From the NCBI GenBank assembly GCA_009602725.1, contig WELB01000004.1:183647-247646 (forward strand): DNA of 64,000 nucleotides, given 5' to 3'. The notes under the pieces are model-generated. The model was not told where the DNA came from and searched no databases. It worked only from the letters and a program-made list of their open reading frames with translations. Shown piece by piece: positions 12,714 through 24,100 of the stretch; the first letter of the stretch is position 1; the number at the start of each line of letters is the position of its first letter. Source of the stretch: Spirogloea muscicola (taxonomy: Eukaryota). Position numbers and translations under genes: made by a program.

Positions 12714-15470
12714 TCAAGTTCTAATCTGGCGTGCTGCTTCGATGATAGTCTGGATGCTGATCCGTGGGTAATGTTGTAGGAGCTTGAGGTTGGTAGTGAA
12801 GTCTCCTGCCAGCAGCCTTGAGCGTATGCACAGCAACATCGCGCAGCAAACGTGCAGAAGTGTGTCCTGTCCAGCATACAAAGTAACTTTGAGTAGGGCC
12901 GAGACCCGCTGTATTCCTGCAACAGTACTTCCAGGCAGCTGCGACAACTCATTTCTGTTACTGATTGTTCGTGTTGCTCTTATGTGCTACCCACCATAGG
13001 CCCATTTCCGCTGCTCAAAAGCGAGTCCCACAAGCGAAGGCTGTCTTCAAAGCTGAACTCCTGAGTGAGGAGCAGGGTGATCCACCGAAATGCATAGAAG
13101 TGCGGGTCGACCTGGAGACAAAGTAGTACGTTGAGAGAATAAAATTCCACTAATGGAATGCAACAAGCTTTGGGCCAACTTTGTAAGAACGTGCTCAGCA
13201 CAAATATCTGTCAAATCGTAACTCTTAAAGCCAATTCTGACTATGTGAGGATGGTGCCTGGAACGTCCCTCAAAGTTTGTCAGAGAGCTGTACCTTGTCT
13301 TCTTCAAGGTGTTGCCAGAGCTCCTCATCATTGTTCTTCAGGAGCAAGGACAGGCGTGAGAGAGTGGCTTTGATACCAACAACACTGTTGTCCAACTTTT
13401 GGACAAAGTGGTCCCGAAATTCCGCCAACAAAGCTACGAAGCAGAAGAAAGAATCTGCTTCTGCATGTTCCTGAAGACCAACGCCATCATCACCCGAGGA
13501 AATGCTGCAGAAGTAAGACAAGCACCACTTTGACCTCGCTATAAGTGAACCTTTACTATCCGTCATTACAATACAGGACCTAGAACCTGCCCTGTGCAAG
13601 AGCTAGCTGTAGGTCAAGGAAATGGGGACTTGAGGGCGGGGAATACACGTAACGTAGTCATAGAAATGATGTACATAGGACATGTTTAAGTTTGTTGCTG
13701 TTGAAGTGTTAAGGATAGCTGTTATCAATCAAGTCACTTCCGGGCCAGTACTCACAGAGATGGAGGGGTCTGGATCTGTCCTGAAGACATATAGCAGTGG
13801 TGCAAACACCTCATTCATGCCTTGGACATACTGGATACCAGGGTTTAGCTTGGCATAGATGAAGAGCGAACGACGCAGAGATGCCTTGTTGGCCTCAGCA
13901 TTACTGTCGCCGCTATTGAAGAAGGGCATGTCAGGATGTGTCCGCAGTACATCCCGCTCAATCTGCTCTACAAGCTCATTGTCCTGCAAGCAGGCACGAC
14001 ACGGCTAGTATCAGGCTTGGCACACCTTAGCTGAACCTCTTACCAGCCCTGCAAAACCCTACACTATGGATTCACTAGTCTCAAGTGCTGCTTGACTGAC
14101 TCGCAAAGGTAGGCACATCTTGCCGGCTAAATGTTAGGCTTGCATAAGCATGCATACGATCAGCTTGTGCAGGCTGCCAGCAAAGCGTGTAACTAGACAA
14201 TTTGGCCGCTGTTAAGAACTTGGCTTCCAGGCCATGCCTGAAAGAACTTGTGCCAGACGGATGTTGTCCCCGTGCTGAGCGGGTGATCATCATTGGAGAC
14301 ATCTAGCCTCCGGAGCGCTCCTTCCACTTCCTCCGTTCCACTGTCCCTCTCTGCTCCACCCTCCTCAGCTCTCCTTCGAGAGATTTCTGACTGTGAGCAG
14401 CTCATACATGTTGGTCTCAGGAACAATTACTACCTCCCAAGATTGGGATTGACAGGACCACGGAGCACAGCAACAAGACCTCAACAACCTGCACATATAA
14501 CAACCTGAAAAAGCTGCTGGTAGATACTGCCACCACTTATGTGCAATAGCTGACCTCCTCCTCTGCTACAAGGAAGGGCTTTGCTGCAGCTTAGAAAAGC
14601 GAGTTCGGCTTCTCACAGGGTTGACCATCAGCTCTGCCTGAAACTGGGCATACTCGGCCCGCTTCTTCCTTAGCTCAGCAACCCAGGCCTCCCTTTGCAC
14701 AGGCAGGTAGCGCAGCAGCAACTACTGCCGCAGAAGCTGCCACGTCAGAGGCAACCAGGGCAAGAGAAGCCCGGCAGGGCCGAGCCTGCACCTACCCAAG
14801 CTATTGCTTGAGCCATTGCTTGTGACTTTGGTACAAGACGTGCACATCCAGTCAATGTAATCAAGCCTCAAAGAAATTGTTGCAACATACCGGAACCATG
14901 TCAAGCTCCCTTATCATCACGGAAGTTGTGTACGTACAAGCAAAGACAGGTAGCTGTGCAGTGTGAGGTTGTTCGAGACACTTGCCTTCCACACAGTGGA
15001 TCGGAGGCTGCCATCCTCCGGGATGCCATCCCATGCAAGGGCCTGCAACGCAGCCAGTTGAATTCTGTCCCTGGACAGCTGCATTGCAGGCATGCTTGCG
15101 TCAGCTGCAGGTAGAACATCCTCACAAAAGCAGGCAGCATTGGACCTAGTTCCAGTGGACCCTCATTCATCTGCTGCCACATCCTGCAGGTAAGACACGT
15201 TGCAATATGATCGATAGGAACCGGATATAACGTACAGCATACTTGAAGGAGGTCTTTGTCCTCGATACTCCATATGACCGCCTCTTCAAGCTAGCAGTGA
15301 AGCTATCATGCAAACATCATGGCGGCGAATCTCGCAGCCCTTACCTCGGCTCGGAACGAGGCGATGCGGTCCTCTGAGCGATGCAGCGACGGTGGCGGCG
15401 CCGGCGGCGGCGCCGCCACCGCCTCCTCTTCCTCTGAGAAGGCCACCTCAGCGAGCAGCTCGGCAGCCAT
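12714..15470 (-). CDS. TBC-domain Rab GTPase-activating protein (TBC1D13-like)
   Basis: IERDVLRTHPD (R finger), YVQGMNE (Q finger), EADSFFCF, FRDHF, FYAFRWITLLLTQEF, LLAGDFTTNLKLLQHYP; ATG at 15470, stop at 12714. Confidence 0.92.
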
Positions 15471-15666
15471 GCGTGCTTGCGGGGGCGCAAGCCGCCGCTC
15501 TGAAATGCAGGGGGAGGCAATGCCGGGGGCCCTGATTTAACGGTATAGCACTGTAGGTACTCGCAAACCCCTTCACCGGCAGATTCGCTCTTGGCGGCGG
15601 CAGCCGCGACCGGCAGCCGCGGGCGCACGCCCCTGGGTGGCTTGTCTCGTCTTGCAAGAGAGAGAA

Positions 15667-17125
15667 GGCGCGCGGGGCGCATGAATTGAAAGGGAGGCCA
15701 ATTCAAGCCAATACATTGTTCAGGCAGAGTCGAGTGCAGACTAAACAATGCTACATAATACGGAGACCTAATCTAAGGTACCTAAGATGACATTAGTACC
15801 CACGGGTGAGCACAAAAGCAAGCGAACGCTCCACGAAGAAACTTTCTAAACAGGAGGCGACGGCTGTCAAAGCCACTCACAGCCTTTGGAAGAGCTTCTT
15901 GCTGCCTCTGGCTCTGGCCAGGCATGAGTGTGTGTTAAGAGATGGAGGGCCTGTGTGGCCAAGTACAAAGGCAAGCACATTGACAAATGTACGTCACCTG
16001 CTGCTAATCTGACCCGCTCAGTAACCACGAGTCAGCACATAGAGGTCGCTAAGTGATGCCCGAATACTGGACGGCAATCGACGAGCTCTTGAGCTACCAG
16101 CTAAGGCTCGACCAGCTTTCTAATGCAACGCATGAGCCTGAGCTCGCTGCAGACAAGCTGACACTCAACGTCGCAGGAATGACAAGTAGGCTGCCGGCAT
16201 GCCCATCTGAGCTGGAAGCCTATCCTCACGTCGAGCATATCCCAAACTTGCAACATTCTCCAGTAAGGTATGGAAGCGAGGACCCATGCAGCCGAAAATG
16301 TCATTGCCGCCGGTAGGAGGTGGCCAGGGAACCCGCTTCCAGGAGCCAAGTTTCTCTGACCCGAGGCTGCTTAGCAGCGGTTACTGAGTGCTTCTTAGCT
16401 GCTTAGTTTCATCTTAGTTGCTCATTGGCTGATGCGGTCCACGCGCGCGCTGGTCGTGCTATGGCTGCTGCTTCCAGGTCTTGGCAGAGTGCCGCTTTTC
16501 CTGCTTCGAGTTACTCTGATCTGCTGTTGCTCACACGTGGATACTGAGCATCCATCTGCATCTCCCTCTGCACCGTCTCGTGCTTTGTAGTGTAGTCCTT
16601 GTACGGCACTTCTTTCTTTGTCTTTGGACACTCCCTCTGCACCGTCTCGTGCTTTGTAGTGTAGTCCTTGTTCGGCACTTCTATCTTTGTCTTTGGACAT
16701 TGTCCATTCTTTTTGGGCTGGCTTTGCCAGCCCCTCTTCTCTATGGGCGAGCTCTTCTTCTTGTGCTTGTTTTTCTTAGAGAGAAGGCGCTTAGTGCTTC
16801 CCCTGGCCCCTTCTCGTACTTAGTAATTCTCTTTTGGGCTGGCTTTTCCCAGCCCCTATCCTCAGTGAGCGAGCCCTTCTCTCTTTCTTGACTCTATCGT
16901 GTCAATGGGCCGCCACTGAGACGGATGTCCAGGAATGAAAGAAAGGGCTCGCCCATTGCGGATAAAAATCAAAGGGATAGGGGCTGGAAAAGCCAGCCCA
17001 TGACGAAATGGACAAAGTACGAGAAGGAAAATTTCGTGTATTTGAAACAAACGAAGGCCAAAGGCCAAGTGCAAAGGCAAGCACAAGAGAAGGGGGCCAG
17101 GGGAAGCGCTAAGAAAAACAGGAAT
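15667..17125. mobile_element. Nest of CRE-like 3' fragments: family C 15667-15930 (-), family A 15955-16330 (-), family B 16440-16755 (+), and a tail-to-tail pair 16765-16890 (+) / 16935-17125 (-)
   Basis: LTRGY* termini near 15795, 16020 and 16545. Family A copy reads DIFGCMGPRFHTLL..LQRAQAHALH..SDLYVLTRGY*. Repeated GGGCTGGC stem-loops. A ~69-bp tandem duplication at about 16563-16700. Confidence 0.75.
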
Positions 17126-17573
17126 GGGCTTCTCGGTCGATGGGCCGCCACTGCGACGGGGCGCCTCCCCTGTCCGATTCTCTCATATCAGCAGCCGCTT
17201 TCCTTTCGGTGTGGCCTGCGCCGCCCGACTATCAGTTCCCGGCACCCAACAGGCGCGTGGCTCCGCGCCAAGGCCAGGCGGGGCCTAGGGGGCCAGCTGC
17301 GCCCAGGCTGGCAGCCCCTGGCCCCCTTTCCGCATTCTCCTCTTTCCTTTGAACTCGGCCACTCAGGCCCTCCATCACTCGATACACACTCCCGTTCCTT
17401 TCGCCCGGGCGGCCCGTGTGCCCGGCCGACATCTGACGCCCGTCCCGGTACGCCCGTGGCCCTCCGATCCACTGCGCCGCCGTCGTTGGCAGCCTCCGCC
17501 GCGGCGGCGACCGCGGCGGCGACGAGGCGGAGTCGCGGCGGCGGGAGGCGGCCGCGGCGGCGGCGCTGCCTCC

Positions 17574-18991
17574 ATGTCCGTCCTGGACCAGCACAACCTG
17601 CGGGTGATCGGCTCCGGGGAGAAGCTCGTCGTGCTCTCGCACGGCTTCGGCAGCGACTCCTCCTCCTGGCAGCACATCGTCCCGCACCTCGTCGATGACT
17701 ACCGCCTCATCCTATTCGACCTCATGGGGGCTGGCTCCACAAATCCCGAGAACTTCTCGTTCAGGCGCTACGCCACGCTGCACGCCTATGCCGACGACCT
17801 GCTCGCCATCCTCGACGAGCTAGACGTGGAGAGCTGCATCTATGTTGGTCACTCTGTGTCCGGCATGATCGGCTGTCTGGCCTCTATTGAGCGTCCAGAG
17901 GTCTTCGAGAAGATCATTATGATATCTACATCCCCAAGGTGGACTCTCCATATATAAACTTGTCAAACATCAAGTTGCTCAGAGAGGTCTAGCATGAAGC
18001 TTTTGCAATATCTCATACAAGTCCACCTTACACAAAGGTAATGTGCTGACAAAGCTGTGGTCACAGCAATGAGGTACCTTAGAGCGCCCGCTGTGCTTCT
18101 CTAGGTACTTTTTCTTCGACCAGATTTCAAGCAGCAACTTCATAGGCGCAAGAAACTCTTCAATGTTCTCGCTTGATCCCTCACCAATTGCGTGGACGAG
18201 TCATCAGCGTTCTTAAGTTGTCTGCCTGCGCTGATGTGTTACCTTCGTCTGTGCAACAGATACCTGAATGACAAGGACTACTTTGGGGGCTTTGAGCAGG
18301 AGGACTTGAATGGGCTCTTCGAGGCTATGCAGCAGAATTTTAAGGCTTGGGTATCAGGATTTGCACCACTGGCAGTTGGAGCCGATATTGAGTCCGATGC
18401 CGTGCAAGAGTTCAGTCGCACGTTCTTCAGCATCAGACCGGACATTGCATTAAGTGTGGCTAAGACCATCTTCCAGGTGAACATGACGTGGCCTGCTGTC
18501 ATCAGCAGGCATCATGGACAGCCTTGCAAAATGAATCGCTCGTCGTTTTTGACCCTTGGCTTTCTGATCACCCCACCGCATATTCATCTGGCAAGAGCAA
18601 AGCACTGCAGCAGTCTGATCAGATGTCTAGTTATCCACCACTGGACGTTGTCATTCTAGACTTATCAACGTCAAAGTTGGAGTCCGGTCAGGGACATTCG
18701 TGATGCAGAGTGCTGCATGTTTGCGTACTTGTCTAAAGTATGCGCAACTGTGACCCTCTTTTGCTACAGAGCGATTTGAGGAGATTACTACCTCTGGTCA
18801 CGGTGCCCTGCCACATATTGCAGAGCAACAATGACATGGCTGTGCCAGTTGTTGTCGCCGAGTACTTGCACATGACACTCGGGGGAAGAAGCGTGGTGGA
18901 GATACTCCAGACTCAGGGCCACCTTCCACAGCTTAGCTCGCCTGAAGTCGTGGTTCCGACTTTGAGGCGGCATCTTCTTGGATGCATATGA
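17574..18991 (+). CDS. KAI2: KAI2/D14-like alpha/beta hydrolase; exons 17574-17938, 18260-18476, 18770-18991
   Basis: [27 protein letters not shown] (Ser), [29 protein letters not shown] (Asp), GHLPQLSSP (His): KAI2-type signatures with an intact triad. Confidence 0.95.
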
Positions 18992-19212
18992 AGCAAGGAA
19001 AGGGAATGAAGAGGTTGCTTGTCATTTCTGCCGATTGAACAGTCTACTCTACATGGACCGGAGGTTTGCCTGCTCTGGTGTGGCTAGTAGCGTGTAGCAA
19101 GCCATGAGTTGCTCATGGTTCATGAGACCTCCAACTTGGGCTCCTCTTTGGGAGGTGACGATGGGGACTGGATCTGCTTATCAAGGACGGCAAGAGATAC
19201 TCTTTCAAGGAC

Positions 19213-19475
19213 GTGTGGCATTGCTACACACAATCTAGAGTTATAGCTGCTTCAGAATGAGCCCTTCTGAGCAAGACCAAGGAGGCCGGAGAACAATTAT
19301 TTATGCTCGACACTGTGGTGTTTAGCACAGATTGTTAGTCACTATGTGGCATTGCCATACACAAATTAGATTTGTAGCTGCTGCCGAGTGAGCCCCTCTG
19401 AGGAAGACCAAGGAGGCCGAAGGGAGACTATCTATGCTTGCCACTCTGGTGTTCAGCACAGAGTGTTAGACATTG
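19213..19475 (+). repeat. Diverged tandem duplication, two units of about 131 bp
   Basis: Units begin gtgtggcattgctacacacaa (19213) and atgtggcattgccatacacaa (19344); both contain gagccc..ctgag.aagaccaaggaggcc and ggtgtt.agcacaga.tgttag. Confidence 0.85.
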
Positions 19476-20149
19476 AGGTGTCTAACAATCTGCGCTAGAC
19501 AGCCTGCGCAGGTCAATCTGCTCTTAAAGGCATGGCCATTTAGGTTCAGTAGTCTGCAGGTATGAGTGTGCAGAGCAGGCATTCTTCAATCTTGCGCCCC
19601 AACCCATCAATGGTTGCCATGCCGTGCATATAGCACTATAATCTAATGTAGTCTGGACTGATAGCAATCTTTCTGCTTTGTAGCTTGGCTATCTTCTGTG
19701 CAGCTTTCAAAATCTTGCATCTCGCTCGAACTTTTCGTCTTTGCAGACTTGATCATCCCCTTTAAGCTCGGGAGGAGGCATTAGATAGATGTTGTTGCGG
19801 CAGCTGGGATTGTGCATAGTGACACTGTGTCTTGGCTCCATATTGTGTGCTTTATGCCTTCGCCTTTCCAAATGTTGAGGTGTGACTTGGAAGAAGTAGT
19901 GAGCTTGTTGTCATTGTGACTGCTTCTCCACAGTAAGCCTGCATACTATACCTTTTCTCAGAATATGACAATCCTGGAGGAATGCCTCGTTTCATGCTGG
20001 TTCAAGCAACTTGGTTTTGCCAATAGTTGGTGTGATTTAAGGGGTGCAATGAACTTCTTTGGTTCGGCTGCAGCAGGCATTTAATACACAAGGTGCATAG
20101 AGTCAAATCGACATTGTTTTCCAGAATTTGTTACATTGGACTGGGAGAG

Positions 20150-20850
20150 CTACGTATTGAGCGCCAGCCCTAGGCGTGAGGGCTAGTGGGCAGCCCCCCT
20201 TGGAGGTCTTGCAGCAGCTTGGAGGCCCCTCCTGCTGTGACAGCGCCAGCTGCAAAATGGAGCAAAATGGACTACATGAGGTGCCAGGACACAGTGGTGG
20301 CGGGTGTGCGGTGGAGGTGGCGCGGGATTCTGGAATGCAAAGATCATGGTGTGCATGTGTTGAAAGGGGGGCCAAGCCGAGCTACCACTCTGTTTATGCG
20401 AACGAAATGCAGAGGATTGAAAGGGATGGGGCTACACCAAAACCCTTGGGGAAAAAGGTCCTAGAATACAGGCCAAAAGCAAGGCTGGAGGAGAGCTTCA
20501 TTATACACCAATGAGCATACACGAGTCGGACAGACTAATTTGGGGAGCTGGAGCACCGCCATGTAAGCGGGTGGCCTGACTTGGGGAATACAAGCACGCA
20601 AATGAGTGAAAATGGAGTAACCCTCCCCCAGTGGGCCAAGGTGGCCAAGGAGGCTGGTAAAGTCGTGGTGGCTGCTGCACGGCACCTTCGGGAGCTGGGG
20701 GAAATTAAGTGGTCCTACTGGCGGATAGGCAAAGATGTCTTCCATGAAGAAGCAGCAGGTCTTGCAAAGGTGCCGAGGACTACGGAAAGCCAGCCCGCAG
20801 TTTTTTTGAGCGCTTCTTCCAAAGGTGCGATACCTTGAAAGCAGATGGAC
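20150..20850 (-). pseudogene. Possible heavily decayed L1-type LINE fragment
   Basis: EEALKKTAGWLSVVLGTFAR resembles the post-RT K..L..W....L...R motif; many stops and frameshifts. Confidence 0.3.
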
Positions 20851-21149
20851 TCTTCCGGTAGAGGGCGATGAAGTTTGATTTGCCAGCCCATAATGAAAAC
20901 AGATTGAAGGGACCAGAAAGCAATAACGCCCTCAGCGACTCCAGTGGCCACTGGTCTGAAAGGCCAGCCAGTATAGGAAAACCAAGCAGCTGGTCCAGCG
21001 TAGGCGAGGGTTGCAAAAGGGGCCAGCCCACAAATGTATGACAAGGTCCAGAAGAAAGTGAAAGCAGATAGCACACAGGGAAAAATGGAAACTTTAAGTA
21101 TGGCCGCTCAGTAACCCCTGCTTACACAGCCGCAAATTGGAAATAAGCA

Positions 21150-24100
21150 GCCAGCTCACTTGGAAGGAAGAATGATACTGAAGAATGAGCTTGATTCATT
21201 CCTTTCACCGTGCTTGGTGGCTCGAGCTCCTGCATCGGCTCGCGCGCAATGCAATCTCCCGACTTTCTCATGATGAACAGGCCAATCTCGTCGCGGCAGG
21301 CTCAATTGCCCAGGGTTGATCATGCGCCTGTCAGTATCCCTGAAGCGTTTAATGACACACGCGCTTCGTCTGCGTGCTGGTCGTGCTTTGGCTGCTGCCT
21401 TTGGCTATAGACAGGGTACCGGCTACCCGGAGGCTATTTTAACCGACCTGCAGCAATCAACAGGTTACATTGAGCATCCAGTGGCCACGTAGTCCGCTGT
21501 GTGCTTCAGCGCTTTTCTGGCCCCTTCCAAATCTGTTCACTCTTTTTCCTGGGCTGGCGGCCGATCACAGCCATCGCCCTCTACAGCAAGAGTCTCTCTT
21601 TCACAGCTAGTGCCCTCCTAGTTAGCTCAGGTTTACAGCATGCGTCTTTCCACTTCCCTTCGGCGGTCATGGCCCACGCCTTGCACCTGCGTGCTGGCCG
21701 TCCTCTCGCTGCCGCCTCTGGCTTTCGTCAGGGGAATTGCTTTCGGGCAGCTAGTCTTGCGGATCTGTGGTTCCTCACTCGTGGTTATTGTGTGGTTCAT
21801 CTTACCCCAGTTCTGAGATAAGGCGTGCGGTGCGCATGAAATTGAAAGGGAGGCCAATTCTAGCCTTACAAATGTCTTTTCAAGTGTATAATGAGCTGGC
21901 TAAGGGGGACACTAAATATCCCCGAGTGAGCACATGCATATCTGACAAGCTATACTGAGGAGCCAAACCACCCCCACGGAAGCCATTAGCCTGGGCTAAT
22001 GCACGACCAGCACGCTGGTGGATCGCGAGTGCCTGAGAGCGCTGCAGACTCAACGATAACCGCATTCTGAAGCATGCAACTATGGCTTGCGGGACGCTAG
22101 AATGGCCTAAGCTACCCGCCCGACTATGTCGGCGGGCATCGACATGCAGTGCCAGGCGATGGAGGAGGGCAGACCGCTTCGTTCCGTAGCCGCCGTAGAT
22201 GTCCATGGCGCATGGGAAGAAGTGCTCGCTCCGGGGGTGGTCACTAGTGCCTCTCCTCTTCCTCTCCGCATGATGTGTCGCCCAACCTGGCACAGTCGGT
22301 GTGGGTGCCCCTGGGTTGGAATGCGTCGATGAGAACGACGTCGAGGAGAAGACGAGGCCCATGATAGCGCTTTTGGCCCCTTTGTAATCTGGCCCCTTCG
22401 AACCTTGTCAAGTCTTTTCGGGCTGGCTTATCACAGTCCTTGCCCCCATTAGGAGAGCCACTTCTCTTCTCCTACTTTTTCTAGAGCACCAAATTCACAC
22501 CCGTCGCCAGTCGCGCCGGCAGATGGAGCAGGCTTCTTCTGTTCGGGCTCGGGCCATATTGGAAAAGCTGTCATTCCATCGCCCTCTACTGGAAGAGTTT
22601 TCCTTCTCATTCTTGCGAAGTCGGCGTTACTAAGCTCCCATCCGCTGTAGTCTCATGCATGGCTGTGTGGTTTAGGCGGCTTTCGGCCCTTGTCCTCTCT
22701 TTCTGGGCTGGCTATCTCGTGGTTACCACGTGATTCATCCGACCGGCCAAGCTCTGAGCCAACACTTTCGGCCCCTGCAGACTTTGTCGACTGCTTTCGG
22801 GTCATTCGGCTCCTCTTGACCTTGTCCATTCCTTTTGGGCTGGCTTCTCCCAGCCACCAGTCAATTCGGCCGCGCTTTTCTCTATTTTCGGGCTGGCTGT
22901 CATATCCCTTGCCCCCTTTGGGAGAGCCACATTCTTATCTACAGCCCCTCTGCCTTAAATTGGAAAAGCTGTTGTTGTCATGCTGCTGACGTCTTGGGGA
23001 CTAGTATCCTGCTTTATGCGCCAGAGACTTGTCTCCTGCTTTATGCGCCATCCGGCCCGTTCAGACCTTGTCCTTTCCATTGCGATGGGAATAACAGGGA
23101 GAGGATGAATCACTCAGTAATTACGAGTGAGGAGCCTCAGATCCGACAGACTAGCTGCCGGGAAGCTATCACCCTGACGAAAACCAGAGGCCGCAGCAAG
23201 AAGAAGGCTCGCCCATAAAGAAAGAGGGGCTGGCAAAGCCAGCTCAAAAAGAATGGACAATGTCCAAAGCCGAAGAATGAGAAGCCGAGGAAGCAGCAAG
23301 AGCACGGCCAGCACGCAGATGCTGAGCGTGGGCCATGGACCGCTGGAGGGACACTGACAATCGCATCCGATATACCTGAGCCCACGAACCAGCTGCATTA
23401 AAGTCAGCCGGTTCGCCGCGCCGGCGGGATACAGCCGCGCGAGCCTGGCCAGTAGGTCGAGCCACTGGGACCCGCGACACTTTCTTCTCTTTCCATTGGG
23501 CTAGGCTCTCATAGCGAGCCCTTCGTCGCTCTGGCCGCGGTCTCCGGGTCTCGGCGGAGTGCCTCCTTCCCTGCCTCGAGCTACTCGGACCTGATGTTGC
23601 TCACTCGCGGGTACTGAGCTTCCCTAGTATGTTGTCGTGATTGGTAGAGTAGAGGAGTCCTTCCTCGGCCTCTCATTCTTCGGCTTTGGACATTGTCCAT
23701 TTTTCATAGCCACCCCCGCTGTCATTTTAGGGTGCTGCGCATGTGGAGCAAGTTGTGGAGTCCACCCTTGAGAACCATCTCCAGACCCTCCCGGCCCTCC
23801 CCTCCTTACAGAATGCGCAGCTTGCGGTGGCCATCCTCACCCGGTGTGTGGCCCAGCGTCCCACTTACCTGTTGCGGACTGTACCCCCCACCACGGCACT
23901 AAACGCCATCTACTCTACCGTGGACTCCAGACTCCAACAGGCTCTTCACGGCCTGGTGGACCATCCCAATTTGTCCGCCACGCCGGCTGCCATCCTCCAG
24001 TGTACCCTTCCTACCAGCATAGGCGGCCTTGGGTGCCGTCCACTGGCTCGCCTGTCCCAAGCAGCTCACCTGGGTTGCTGGGCCCAAGTGGCCTCCACCA

